Positions 33,796 to 45,851 are shown, numbered from the stretch's first letter. The stretch: 64,000 nucleotides of DNA from Thecamonas trahens ATCC 50062 (GCF_000142905.1 NW_013657635.1:121853-185852), one strand, 5' to 3'. Notes: generated by a model from the letters alone, not told the origin. Numbers and translations are program-made.

Positions 33796-34297
33796 TGTGT
33801 GTATATGTGGCTGGGTATGGTGGAAGGTTCTGGTGGCGGGGAACGGCGGCGGCATGGGCCACGGGGTACAGGCAAAGCGACGGGGACGGGCTGGGGGCTA
33901 GGGACTGGGGACTGGGGACTGGGGACTGGGGACTGGAGCAAGGGCAGGGTGTAGGGGGCGGGGGTATGTACTGGACTTATGGTGGAGATGGGGCTGTGAT
34001 GGGGCTGCGCTGCGCGGCGTGTGCTGCTGGCGTGGGCAGAGCATGTACATTCGGGTCAAGCACAAGAACGAGACCATGTTTGTGGAGACCGAGCCGACGC
34101 AGACGGTGGCGGATGTCAAGGCTCAGATCGAGATCATTACGGAGCAGCCGGCCGAGGATCAGCGGATCATCTTCAATGACGAGCCGGTGGAGGATGCCAA
34201 GACGCTCTCGGACGCCAACATCGAGAACGATGCCGTCGTCTACGTTGTGTACCGGCTGACCGGCTCGGACGACTTTGAGGAGGTCCAGCTCGAGTAA
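33724..34297 (+). CDS. ELOB: Elongin B (ubiquitin-like); join(33724-33726, 34040-34297)
   Basis: MYIRVKHKNETMFVETEPTQTV..DQRIIFNDEPVEDAKTL..DDFEEVQLE matches the elongin B pattern. ATG|GTATGT donor at 33727 and GCAG| acceptor at 34039. Translation could alternatively start at ATG 34043. Confidence 0.8.
33738..33803. repeat. (GT)n microsatellite in the ELOB intron; a (ggggact)n repeat follows at about 33890-33935
   Basis: Directly visible. Confidence 0.95.
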
Positions 34298-34305
34298 ACC
34301 ACGGG

Positions 34306-35820
34306 CTACAAGCCAACTCGCTTGCGGACGCGGACTCGCTTGGTGCGCGGCGAGCCCGAGAGACCGGCCGAGGCCGGGACGCCCGATGCAGTGGTGGAGG
34401 CCGCGGCCGCGCCCGTGGCGGAGCCCGGCACAAGATCGCCCGAGGCGTTTGACGTGGCCGGCGAGAGCGAGGTCGACGAGCCCGACTTGCCGACACCGTA
34501 CAGACCGCGCAGCGCCTCCAATGGCTTGGCAAGCTCGGGCGGGACCGAGTACGGCTCGTCGGCTGCCGCCAGTGACGCCTCAAACTGCATAAACATACGT
34601 GCCGCCCGTGCCGTGTCGCCAAAGCGGTGACAGGTGATGGCGTAGTTGAGCGGAATGCGCAGAACATCGGCCTTGGTCTGCGCGTTCTGCTCAATCTTCC
34701 CCGCGAGTCCCATCGCCTTGTCGTAGGCGGTGCAGGCGTTGGCAAAGTCACCAAGCTTGGAGAGGGTAACGCCGAGGTACATAAAGCCGGCAGCCAGGTC
34801 CGGGTTGAGCCGGACAGCGGCGTTGAGAAAGTGGAACGCCGACGCCGGCTGTGCCTGTGCGAGGTGGACGATGCCGAGGTTGTAGTTGACAAGCCACTCA
34901 AACGGGGCTAGAAACAGCGCTCGCTTGAGGCATGAGATGGCTGCAACAGCCTTGCCCTTGCCGTAAAAGCACATGCCGATGTTGTTCCACAGCTGCGGCG
35001 CGTTGGGTGCGAGCTGCGCCACCGCCCGCAGCTTGGCCAGCGCCCCGTCGTAGTCGGCGTTGCACTGCATGACCGACGCCACCGCCAGGAGCGTGCCCAC
35101 ATCGCGCGGGTTGTGCGAGAGCGACTTGCCGAGCTGATTAAACGCCTGCATCTCGTCGTTGGCCGCCATGTGCAGCTCGCCGAGGCCCGTCAGCAGCTCC
35201 GGGTTCTCCGGCGAGAACTCGAGCGCCTCGGCCAGCAGCCGTCGCGCGCCCTCGGCATCGCCGCGGAGCTCGGCGAGCTTGGACAGCATCAGGTACGTGA
35301 CGTCGTGGCGCTGAATGGCATTGGCCCGCTCAAACCCGTCTGCCGCCGCCTCAAGATCGCCAAGATACATATGGCAGAGACCCTTGTTGTGCCAGATCTC
35401 CCAATCGCCGCGCTCCTGCAGAGCCCTCGCCGCGCGCGAGACGCGGGCCCCAGGCGCCTTGCCCGCGGCCGCGCGCCGCTTCTCATCAGCCACATGCAGC
35501 TCGTGTGCCAGATCGTAGACCTCCAGTGCGGCAGCGTGTCTCCCGAGCAGGAACAGAGTACGGGCCTTCTGCTTGGCGTTGTCGGCCGAGGCCGGATTGA
35601 GTCTGCAAGCGGCATCAAACTGTGCCAGAGCGTCTGTCACCTTGCCCTGCGACCTCTGAATGAGGCCCTTGATGTAGTGGGCATACTCGGATGCTCCGCC
35701 TGTCGTCGCCAGCTGTTGGTCCACCAGAGCCACCGCCTCGTCGTGCTTGCCCTTGGTGTACAGGTCGTGGAGGAGCCAGTTGTACAGCACGCGGTGCTGA
35801 TACTCATTGCCGGTGGCCAT
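34306..35820 (-). CDS. BBS4: BBSome subunit BBS4 (TPR protein)
   Basis: NWLLHDLY...EYAHYIKGLIQRSQGKV, DWEIWHNKGLC, and LWNNIGMCFYGKGKAVAAISCLKRALFLAPFEW are typical of BBS4. Confidence 0.95.
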   Translation of the reverse strand: MATGNEYQHRVLYNWLLHDLYTKGKHDEAVALVDQQLATTGGASEYAHYIKGLIQRSQGKVTDALAQFDAACRLNPASADNAKQKARTLFLLGRHAAALEVYDLAHELHVADEKRRAAAGKAPGARVSRAARALQERGDWEIWHNKGLCHMYLGDLEAAADGFERANAIQRHDVTYLMLSKLAELRGDAEGARRLLAEALEFSPENPELLTGLGELHMAANDEMQAFNQLGKSLSHNPRDVGTLLAVASVMQCNADYDGALAKLRAVAQLAPNAPQLWNNIGMCFYGKGKAVAAISCLKRALFLAPFEWLVNYNLGIVHLAQAQPASAFHFLNAAVRLNPDLAAGFMYLGVTLSKLGDFANACTAYDKAMGLAGKIEQNAQTKADVLRIPLNYAITCHRFGDTARAARMFMQFEASLAAADEPYSVPPELAKPLEALRGLYGVGKSGSSTSLSPATSNASGDLVPGSATGAAAASTTASGVPASAGLSGSPRTKRVRVRKRVGL

Positions 35821-36307
35821 GGTCGCACCTCACGAGCAGTGCGTGTCGTGTCGTCGTCGTGGTGGTGGTGGTGGTGGTGGTGGTGGTGGTGGCGAGTGGT
35901 GGTGGCGAGTGGTGGTGGTGGTGGTGGTGGTGATGCTGCTGCTCCTGCTGCTCCCTGGCTGTTCGGTCGGTTGGCTGCTCATCACTCGCCAACTCGGCAG
36001 AGATACAGAGATGCAGAGTCTGGACCGATCACTCCTGCAACTCAGATCTCAGATCACACCGTTCTACATGGGTATGGAGGTGGTCCATGACAAATTCTAC
36101 ATTGTCCGTGCTGCGCGTTTTGCGCTGCCCCCCCCCTTCCCTCTGGTCCGCCGCCATTCCCCCATCCGCAGAGTCTTCGACGAGTCTGGCTCGTGGTCGG
36201 ACCACAAGCGGACTGATCGACGACACCACCACCACGAGCATCACTCCCGCGGACAGCCATCGCTTTGCACATCTCTCTCACCATTGCACGTCTTACTGTT
36301 AGAAAGG

Positions 36308-37693
36308 ATGTCGCGGATGACGGGCAAGGTGTGGAAGCAAGCCAAGGGGAAGCGCAAGTCTTGGTACATCGAGGATGATCACATGGCCGCCGAGCGACAG
36401 CAGCTTTGGCTGCAGGCACTCCACGAGGTCGAGGCAGCCGACAATGCCGCCATCGTCGACGCCATCTGGGCATGGTACAAGAAATCGTACCGTCGCAGGC
36501 GATCATGGGATGTTGCCATCACTACAGAGGGTCTGATCCGGTGCTATGTCGAGCGGCACGGCCCGGGCTTTGCGCGCTTCTTTGCCAGGCACGATGCGCT
36601 CGATCCCAACGCCTTTGGCCCGCAGTCGTCGTCCCAGAATGGCGTTCGGTTTGTGGAGCGCGGATCGCGCGAGTGGTTTGTCCGCCAGGCTGCGACAGGC
36701 GCGGCCAGGAGTGACATTGTCGCATCGGCCCTCCCAGTACTCACCATCAGCCTCAAATACGATCCGCACCAGATGGAGCTTCTTCTCCTCCTCGCTGCGT
36801 TGTATCGGCTGCGCATCGATGTTGTCAGCACCACCGTCCGGTCCTGGCTCCAGCCCTCGCACCACTCTCCCGGCTGCGAAGACTGCATCAACGTTGGCGG
36901 CGTGCCCCATGATCGCCGCACCACAACTCGCGCCGCCGTCCGCCTTCTCTTTACGCCGAGCACCTCGCTCCCGTCCGGCCCGCCAGCCTGCGCAAGCCTT
37001 GCCGCAGCCAAAACCGGCCGCATCTCCAAGCTCATGTTCCTCTCAGACTGCACCAACGCGATGCCGCACTGTTTGCGGCGTTCGCGCCGCAAGAAGAACC
37101 GACGCTTACAAGCCGTGGCAGCCCAACTGAGTGCCTCACCGCCCGCGCCGTGGACCACCTTGCCCAACGAGCTGTGGTCCATCATCATGCATAAGCTCGC
37201 CGCTGACGCGGTTGCGGACATTGTTGCGCTTTCGGCCACCTGCACCCGGCTGCTCAGCCTTGCTCGCGACCCGCTTCTCTGGCGCAGCATCGCTCGCCGT
37301 GTCGCAGACGCGTCACCGGCGGTCATGGCCGCCCTGGCCGAGGCAAGCGAGCCGGGCTGCGACTGGTACGCCTACTTTCAGGCCGCTATCCTTCCCGAGC
37401 TCCGCAGCTGCCTCTGCCCGGCTGCGACGACTGTGCCGCTGCTGCCCGGCCATGGCCACGGCTACATCTCGGTCCACACCCTTCAGAGTGAGCGAAGGAC
37501 CCAGCACACCGGGTTTGCCAGGGTACAGCTCCGCGTCAAGCGCACGCTCCTGCGCCGGATGACCGACTCGGGCGTACTTGACCTGTCGTCTGACAATCGC
37601 TCCCGACCGACCGCTGCCTGGTCCGACGATCGTTGGATGTGGACGCCCGAGCTGCTGGGCGGCTCATTCGACAGGCCCAGCGCGATGCAGTGA
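36308..37693 (+). CDS. F-box protein with an internal F-box
   Basis: WTTLPNELWSIIMHKL...VALSATCTRLLSLARDPLLWRSI. Start taken at MSRMTGK. Confidence 0.7.
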   Translation: MSRMTGKVWKQAKGKRKSWYIEDDHMAAERQQLWLQALHEVEAADNAAIVDAIWAWYKKSYRRRRSWDVAITTEGLIRCYVERHGPGFARFFARHDALDPNAFGPQSSSQNGVRFVERGSREWFVRQAATGAARSDIVASALPVLTISLKYDPHQMELLLLLAALYRLRIDVVSTTVRSWLQPSHHSPGCEDCINVGGVPHDRRTTTRAAVRLLFTPSTSLPSGPPACASLAAAKTGRISKLMFLSDCTNAMPHCLRRSRRKKNRRLQAVAAQLSASPPAPWTTLPNELWSIIMHKLAADAVADIVALSATCTRLLSLARDPLLWRSIARRVADASPAVMAALAEASEPGCDWYAYFQAAILPELRSCLCPAATTVPLLPGHGHGYISVHTLQSERRTQHTGFARVQLRVKRTLLRRMTDSGVLDLSSDNRSRPTAAWSDDRWMWTPELLGGSFDRPSAMQ

Positions 37694-37707
37694 CAAGCGC
37701 GCGCACC

Positions 37708-40700
37708 TCACATGCCCAGCAAGCCCGAGCCATGCAGCGAGGCGCCATACGGCGTGTTCGAGAGCCCGCGCCACTGCAGCGAAAAGTCTTTGACAGCGCG
37801 ACGGAACCGGCCTCGGACCCGCGCCGCCATCAGCGCCTTGAGGAACTTGTCCTGACTCGGGGCTGGCGTGCGGCGACGGGTAGTCGGCGGCAGAGCCAAA
37901 CAGCTGCTGGAGCAGGGAGTTGACCTCGTACGGGAAGCGGAACGAGATGGCAAAGAGAAAGTCGGCGACCTTGGTGTCGAGCGACCGTGGCAGGCCGCCC
38001 GCAAAGGCCTCTATGGCAAACCGGACCAGCGGCTCGCCGTAGCTGGCAAACGCGTCTTGCATGGCCGCATTGGCGACGGCTGCGGTTGCGCCGCCCACTT
38101 CTTGCGAGAAGAACATGTCAAAGAAGCGGAGAACCGACGAGATCGCTGTTTTCTCCTGCGACGACAGCGCACGCATGCCAGTGAGAAACAGGTGGTTGAG
38201 AGAGTCCGATGCCACCACCGCCGCAGGCTCGTGCCGCAGCACTGCGGTGAGGAGCGAGAAGAAGCCGTAGACCAGGTCGGGCGCTGCGCTGATGGCAGAG
38301 TCTGAAGCCGAAAAGTGCGCCAGCGTCTGGGTCACAACCCCGTCGATCGTGCCCGGCAGGACGGCTCGCAGCGCGTCTGTCGACTTGTGGATGGCGACTG
38401 CGGTCTCGATGACATTGAGCAGCGGCGCCGCAGGCTGCACGATGTACGTCGACGTCATCAGCGAGAGCATGACGTCGAGATGCGGCGCAAAGGCCTTGGA
38501 CGAGGCGCGGAGCACGTTGCCGCAAAACTGGGTAAGCGCCACTACCAGCTCCTCGTCGCGATGAGCTACCGTGGCTACGGCCTCGATGGCCGGCCATGCT
38601 CGCTCGACCACGCAAAGCAGCGGCGTCGACCGCCCGGGCACCGCGCTCCGGATATCCACAAATCGGCACGCTGCCGTCAGCAGCGACAGCGTAGCCGTGA
38701 GCGAGGTGAGGACATGCGCGGCCTCGACATTACCGTGCTCCAGCTCGGCCTCGAGCGCTTCGATCAGCGGCAGCGCGAGGACCTCCAGTGCACCCAGTGC
38801 CTCGCCAGGCTCGGCCTTGGCAATGACGTAGCCGAGAGCCTCTAGCGCAAGCAGCTGCGGCCGCAGCGGAAGCTTGTCCATGGCCCTCGTCAGTGACGAC
38901 ACCATGTTGCCCAGAATAGGCACTAGGTTGTCAGCCGACGACGAGCAGAGCTCGCGGAGGCATGACGCCGTCGTCGTACAGAGGCCCGGCTCGTCAAAGC
39001 CCGGCAAGATGAGCGCCATCGCGGTCGGCGCGAGGCCGCCAAACCGCCCAGCAAACGCACCCACAAGCTTGATGGCTGACTTGGCGACTCGGACGTGTGA
39101 CGGGAGCGCCCCAAACTCGTTCAACACCGCCGCAAGGTAGCTGGGCGCCGAAAAGCCGCCCGTCGCCCCGGGCCCGGACGGCAAGAGCCCGGGCTCTGAC
39201 GCCGACCGCCCTCGCGAGAACGCCGAGTTCTCTAGTGCCATCTTGGCGGCCTCGGCCTGCGACGCCAGCGAGAGCCGCCGCAGACTGCCCGAAGTCGCCG
39301 TCCGCGTCACGTCCTCGTACTCGTCCTCGCCCGGATCGACCGGAAGGTAGTCGGACGCCACTCGAATGGCAAACAGGGCGGTTTCGACCTCGCGCCAGGT
39401 CGTATTAGTGGTGTCGTGTTGAGCGTCGGCGATCCGCGCCCGCAGGTACGCCAGCGCCCCGGTAAAGTACTCGACAGGACCCAGCAGCTCGGCGCATGAC
39501 TCAAAGAGCTCGGCGCAATCACGACGCACAAGCTGCCAGTAGTGTGTGTCAAATGAGTCGAGCCGCTCCCAGTCAAGCGAGAGCCGCGCCCGCGAAAAGG
39601 CATGCTCCAGAAGCTGGGCAAAGACCGGCACAAAGGCTTGGAGAGCCGCCGGCGCCGCCGACGACAGCCGCCGACCTGGATCGCTCTCCAGCTTGACTAG
39701 CTCGTGCGCAAGATCTGACCACGCCTGGATGGAGAGCTCCAGCGCTGACCGCTTTGGCGTCGCCACGCACACCATGAGGATGTCATACAGCACGCCCGCC
39801 GTCTTCAGCTCGCACTCGAGGAGCCACGGGAGCTCGCTGTCACAGAGAGCGGCCGCCAGCCGGCCCACGCCCTTGACATGCTCCCACTCGCCGCTCTGGT
39901 GGGCGGCCAGAACCTGATCGCGGAGATTCGCCACCGCCGAGGCCATGCCTGACAGCTCGGCGCGAAAGGCCTTGGCTAGCGGCAGTGAGAGCACAAGCTC
40001 AACAACGTCGACGGCCACGGCAAACAGCTCCGGCATGGTCAGCGCTGCAAATGCGTGCTGCAGCATCGCCGAGTGCAGAACGAGCTCGTGTGGAAGGTCG
40101 TACTCGATCCAGGCGTGGAGGCAGTAGAGGACTTTGCGCTGAAAAGCCGGGGCGCGCCGTCAGCAAGCAGCAGCGCCTCGAGGCAGTCGAGAACCTGCGG
40201 TGCTGCCGAGAGTAGCTCGTGACGGAGCTTGCTCCGCACCGCCTTTCGCACATTGGCTCGCTGGAACTCCTCCGGCAGAATTGTGAGGATCTGGACGAGC
40301 GACGTCGGAGTGTCGTCCAGCTCGCCTATCAGATACACCACCACACCCTCGAATCCGTCGAGCTCGCGGAGTAGGAGCCCGGCAAAGGCGATACAGAGCC
40401 GAGTGAGGACGTTGAGCGGACCAGCGTCAAACTTGCGAATGAGCTGGAACAGCATGCCCTGCAGCTGCGCTCGCGCATCCGGCTCCAGACCTAGCCACTC
40501 GTTGACGATCTTGGAGGCGAGCATCTTGGCGCCGAGAAAGCCCCACACCTCGTCGCCCAGCTGAAGCAGCTCCACTGCCAGCGACCATCCATCGGCCGAA
40601 GCCTGACACGCCAGCATATACTCTTGTGCCGCCTGTTGCTCCTCGGCCACCTCGGACGTGGAGAGCACCTCTAGCGCTCGCATGTAGTTCTGCATCAGCT

Positions 40701-40782
40701 CTCCATCACTTCCTGTCCCACTGCCGGGCAACACACCACCACCAGCACCAGCGCCATCACCACCGTTGCCTACACCTGACAT
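37708..40782 (-). CDS. IPO13: Importin-13 / transportin-SR family karyopherin; apparent frameshifts at about 40150 and 37860
   Basis: IBN-N region (QQAAQEYMLACQASADGWSLA..FLGAKMLASKI), LTRLCIA, LTILPEEFQ and WREVETALFAIR. C-terminal KDFSLQWRGLSNTPY resembles IPO13 KEFTLLCRGLHGTDY. Confidence 0.82.
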
Positions 40783-40837
40783 CGATACACCTGCTGCTGC
40801 CTGCCGTCACCAACCAACGCGCGACCTTTGAGCGCAG

Positions 40838-40985
40838 AGTGAGAGCGTGAGCGCGAGCGTGAGCGCGTGAGCGTGAGCGTGAGCGCGAGCGAGAGCGAGA
40901 GCGTGAGCGTGAGCGAGAGTGAGAGTGAGAGCGAGAGCAAGAGCCTGAACGAGAGCAAGAGCAAGAGCCAGTGCAAGTGCAGGAG
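40838..40985. repeat. Degenerate hexamer repeat (gagcgt/gagagc/gagcaa)n
   Basis: Directly visible upstream of IPO13. Confidence 0.85.
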
Positions 40986-41334
40986 CAACTACGACCTTTG
41001 TTGGCTCGGTCGGCCTCTGAGCTCTGTTGCGGGGGGGGGAGCGACAGAGCAGAGAGATAGATAGAGAGGGATGGAGAGGGGGAGAGGGAGGGAGAGGGAG
41101 AGGACTGTAGTATGTATATATGTGTGTGGTGGAGGAGTGGTGGAGGGGGAGGAGTGGTGGTGGTGATGGGTGGTGGTGGGGGTAGGGAGGTGGGGTGGGT
41201 GGTGGTGGTGGTGGTGATGGGGGGAGGGTCAGTCACTCTCTCAGCTCAGACAGAGAGGTTTGGCACGACATGGTGTGTTTAAGGGCAACCGGCTCAGGGC
41301 GAGTGAACGAGATCGGGATCGATATATCGCGTGT

Positions 41335-41418
41335 GATGGTGATGGGCATGGGCATGGGAATGGGCATGGGTATGGGCATGGGCATGGGTATGGGTATGGG
41401 TATGGGCATGGGCATGGG
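41335..41418. repeat. (atgggY)n hexamer repeat
   Basis: Directly visible upstream of EMG1. Confidence 0.9.
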
Positions 41419-41568
41419 GGCAGCGAGGTTGGACGATGGGGCGAGTGGCCAAGGAGTGACGGACGACCGATTGATGATGACTGAAGTGACGGCGGGCGAC
41501 GGCACAACGGCCACGAGTTGCCGTCGCAGTCGCAGTCTGCTACACTCGACTGCAGAAAAAGGCCAGGA

Positions 41569-42486
41569 ATGTCTGCGACACGTGAGGAGGCTACCGAGTA
41601 TGTGAAGATCCCCTCGGGCGATGGCGAGCGGGAGAACTGGAAGCGGCTGATTGTTGTCATTGAGGATGCCAATCTGCAGACCATCAAGGTCGGTGGCTCA
41701 AAGGGGGCCTCCTTTGCCCTCATGAACTCGGACGACCATCGTGCTTGGCTCTCGCGCAACAACATCGACGTCAATCTTGCACGCCCAGACATCACACACC
41801 AGGTATGTACACTCTCTTGCTCACCTCACCGCCCACTTTCTTTGCCTTTCTCGTCCACGCCTCGGTGGGGCGAGGCCCCAGACTGAGGCGAGTTGGCCCA
41901 TCCTGTGGGATCGCCGCCATCCTTTGGGGCCATCCTGCCCGGGGGCGGGAGGGTGGCGACGGAGGGGGCAGGTATGGGGAAAGGACGGGAGACTCACAGG
42001 TGGAAATGGTGACAGTGTCTGCTTATGCTCCTGGACTCGCCGCTGAACAAGGCGGGGATGCTGCAGATCTTCATCCGGACCAACAAGAATGTGCTCATCG
42101 AGGTCAACCCGCACACCCGCATCCCGCGGACCTTCAAGCGCTTCTCCGGACTCATGGTCCAGCTGCTGCACAAGCTCTCCATCCGGGCTGCCAACGGACC
42201 GACCAAGCTGCTCAAGGTGATCAAGAACCCGGTGACCAAGTACTTTCCCACCGGCTGCCGCCGCATCGGCACCTCGACAGAGGGCAAGATGGTCAAGCTC
42301 GGCGAGTACGTCGCCTCGCTGCCCGAGGACGAGCCCGTCGTCTTTGTCGTCGGCGGCATTGCCCGTGGCCAGGTCAACCCGGACTACGTCACCGAGACCA
42401 TTGCTATCTCCGAGTTCCCGCTCTCCGCCGCTGGCGTTTGCTCCAAGATCTGCACCGCCTTTGAGGCCAAGTGGGACGTGCTGTAA
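41569..42486 (+). CDS. EMG1: 18S rRNA pseudouridine N1-methyltransferase EMG1/NEP1; join(41569-41802, 42016-42486)
   Basis: RLIVVIEDANL, RPDITHQ|CLLMLLDSPLNKAG, RIPRTFKRFSGLMVQLLHKLSI and FPLSAA. GTATGT...GACTCAC...GACAG intron in phase 0. Confidence 0.97.
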
Positions 42487-42505
42487 GGTACTTTCGCTGC
42501 CACTG

Positions 42506-44502
42506 CTACGCCTTGCCTAGCCGCTGCTCCAGCGCTGCCAGTCGGGCTGCCCGCATTTCCTCCACGGTTGGTGGCTGGACCGCTGCTGGAGCCGGCGCCG
42601 CGGCGGGTACCGCGCCTGCGTCGCTGGCCTGAGCGGGAGCTGCACCGCTTGATCCGGCGCCCGTCTCGCCGAGCCGGTAGCCGTGGCCGGCAAAGGCGTC
42701 ATCGCTGACACTGCTGCTGCCGCTACCGCTGCTGCTGCTACTGTCGTTGCCGCTATCGTTGTCGACGTGAGCTGTGGCGCCAATAACACGGACAGGCTCG
42801 TGCGAGGCGGGTGGGAGCGGGGCTGGGTCGGGCGCTTGGAGCGCAGCGGCACCGAGGTCGACGTCAAAGCCCGAGTCGGCGACGAGGTCGACTTCGACGT
42901 CGGTGTCGATGATGCACACACCCTCGTAGTGGGTCTTGTCGTTGGGCAAGACGGCAACAACCAAGAGATGGAACTCGAGACCTCCGAGCTCGAGGCGGAT
43001 CGAGTCGCCGACGGTGAGAGTGGCAAAGCCGCGGAAGAGCGTCTCCAGCTTGGTCTTTTGGTCGTAGAGTTTGAGAAAGAGCGGATTGTCAACCTTGATC
43101 TTGACGTACTCAGCCCGCGGCAGAGCGACGCGACGGATGCTGACTATGTCATCCTCGTCCAGCCCCAGCTGGTCCATCCGCCACCGCGGCGCGTACATGA
43201 TGTCGGGCTCTTCGGTAAACTCGAGGACTGAGCAGTGTGTGTAGCGCCCGTCGGAGTCGTTGGTGAGCCGGAAGATCCACGGCATGTGGTCGGGCTCGTT
43301 CTCGCCCTCCAGCACGTGCAGTACATCTTCTGGAAGCAAGACCTTGCCACCGGACTCGAGCTCCGGACGCGCCCGTAGGGCTACTGACCGAATGCGGAGC
43401 GTGCTTTCGTACTTGCGCGCAGCGCGGTGCCGCGCCATAGCATCTGCCAGCGCCTGCGCCATTGACGCCTCCACCGCATCGCGGTTGAGCGGCGTGTCGT
43501 CGTACGGCGCTGCCGGAGGCGGAATGTACCGCGCCGGCATCGTTGGGTGAAAGTCGGGAAACGGATCGGCGAGTCGCGGCAGACCTGCAGGAGTCAGCAG
43601 CGACGACGGCGGCGGTGGTCTGGGCTCATCGTCGTCCATCATCGACATGGCCAACGCTTGAGCCAAGTCTCGGTCAACCTCAGGATCGGAGACTGCGGCC
43701 GGCGGCGGCGGCGAGTGCGACAGAGCGGTAGGCTCGGAGGGAGTGTCAGCCATTGAGAGCGAGGTGGCCATGGCAAGCTGCAGCTGCTCGTCTTCAGAGA
43801 GTCCCGGGATGCCGATGGTAGTACCCGAAGCGACCAGTGCCTCGGCCTCGGCGGCGGAGGCGTGCAAGGCCAGCCGCAGCTGCTCTTCCTCGTCGAGCGT
43901 ATCTGGCGCTGGTACGGTGACCAGCGGGCTGACGCCTCGACGTTGGACTGACGACGATGGAGGCGAAACCTTTGCCAACGACTCTGCTAGCGCCATCTCG
44001 AGGGCGACGTCCTCGGACACGCCGGACAAGACCAGGGCATCAGCGGCGGCAGCCTCGGCGCGGGCGTGCTTCTCGGCCACGCGACGGACCCGATCCTCGG
44101 CGGCAGCAACCGCCCGAGCTCGCGCACTCTGCCCTGAGCTCGGCGAAGGCTGAGGCCGGCGACGAGAGCCTCCACTGATGTTGGTGGAGGTGGGAGGAGC
44201 AAAGCGGTGCTCAAGACGCTTGACAGCGGCGGCGCGGGCGCGGGCCTTCATGGCCTCGTTTCGGCGCTTAGAGTCATCGTACTCGAGAGAACGCGCAGTA
44301 AAGAAGGAGCCCCGCCCTGGAGTTGTGGTAAAGTAGGCGATGCCGTCGACCGATCCGTTGTTCTTGCCCAGCCCGGCGCCATCGAGCTCGACGCCCACCA
44401 TCACGCCCTCAGTAAAGTGTGTTCTTCCCACAAACCTGACCACGCCACGCCGGTTGTCTACACGGACCCGTACACGATCCCCCGACGAAAGACAGACTCC
44501 AT
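42506..44502 (-). CDS. CAP-Gly + VIM + UIM repeats + UFD1 domain + SHP/VBM protein (putative p97/Cdc48 adaptor); apparent frameshift at about 44480
   Basis: CAP-Gly: VRFVGRTHF..GVELD..GKNNGSVDGIAYF. UFD1: LESGGKVLLP..THCSVLEF..LRRVALPRAEYVK..FATLTVGD..CIIDTDVEVD. SHP: FAGHGYRLG. Confidence 0.85.
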
Positions 44503-44742
44503 GACACGGCGCACGGGCTCAAACGACGACAGAGAGACAGGGTGGTTGGTGATGGGACGAGGTAAGCGACAGGCGACAGGTGTGCCTGCTTGCCGTGTGC
44601 TGCCTGTTGACGGACCGGTGCCGAGTGGGCGGAGGCAGAGCGAGTGCCGGGTCGCATTGTTTGAGTTGGGCGGGCGAGCGGGGCGGGGGGGCAGAGAATG
44701 GAGAAGAGGAGGAGGAAGGGGGGGGGGTGTGGGTTACATGCT

Positions 44743-45741
44743 TTACAGGTCGTTCTGGACGACAAAGACTTGGCCGTCCGAGATGGTGACACCGTAGGCG
44801 ACATCGTCAAAGGTGATGGTCACCTTCCGCAGCTTGTCCTCGGCGTTGGTGCCGGACATCAGGAGCGCGGCGTTGTTGAGCAGAGCCACAACGGCCTTGG
44901 CCACCTCGGTGTTGTCTTCCAGGCTGCCTTTGGACTGTGCGTTCCACCGCCGCCACAATCGCACATTGTTGCATCGCAGCGCTGTGAGTCTCTTCTGCCA
45001 CACACACTTCCACCCCCGCCACTCCCGCCACCCCCATCCTCCCTCTCTGCACCACGACACTGCGAAAGGGGCCCAGCCAGACTATGGCCAGGCCAAATTC
45101 TGAAGTCCAGATCACTACCACCACACACACCACAAGGCGACCCCCACGCGATGGTTCGAGATGGACGAGATGGACGAGATGGACGAGATGGACGAGATGG
45201 ACAACATGGGTAGGCCTGAAACGGGAGAGATAGAGACCACATCCACTCACCGCCGTAATGATGGATACAGGCCAATGCAGCTCTTTCAACCTGATCCCAT
45301 CGAGCAGATCGCATGCGAGCAGACTGTCTCTCTGTCCATGTCCATGTCCATGTCCATGTCTACGTCCATTCTTTCGCCACGTGACGTAGGTCATCCCAGG
45401 ACAGAGGGGATGGGTGGAAGAGGGGTACCGCGGTAAGGGGGATAGCCAAGGACACTACAGCCAAAACCATTGGGTATACCCAAGCCCAACCATCCCGACC
45501 ACCACCCCTGTCTTGTTCTCAATATACTATGTGTGTACATACCGCCACAATGCTCCCGTTGGCCTCGCACACCAGCGCACCCGCCGCCTGCACAGCGTCC
45601 ACAAACTCGGCCTACACAGGGCAGGCAACAAGCAGAAGGGGGGGGGGGGGGGAGTGAGTGAGGGAAAGGGAGGAGGGAGGGGATGGATGGATGGATGGTG
45701 GTGGTGGTGGTGGTGGTGGTGGTGGTGGTGGGGCGTACCAT
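44743..45741 (-). CDS. LAMTOR4: Ragulator subunit LAMTOR4; join(45741-45739, 45611-45543, 44934-44743), 87 aa
   Basis: Spliced product MAEFVDAVQAAGALVCEANGSIVASKGSLEDNTEVAKAV...LRKVTITFDDVAYGVTISDGQVFVVQ parallels LAMTOR4 (ASSGDLENDE..FKRLSVVF..VTVSGQRVFVVK). Both introns are GT..AG in phase 0. Confidence 0.85.
45160..45202. repeat. 9-bp repeat (gatggacga)n inside LAMTOR4 intron 2
   Basis: Directly visible. Confidence 0.9.
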
Positions 45742-45851
45742 TGATCTCTGTGTGGTGAGGTGGTGGGCCTTTGTCTTGGGGGTGACGGACCTGTGAGCTG
45801 TAGCGGCGAGGGGAGGCGACCGAGTAGGGAGGCCATGGCATGGCTGCCGAG

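Noticed and set aside
33724-44502. Functional cluster of ubiquitin-system genes (ELOB, F-box, UFD1-like)
   Set aside because: They are interspersed with unrelated genes (BBS4, IPO13, EMG1) and belong to common categories, so co-occurrence is plausibly chance.
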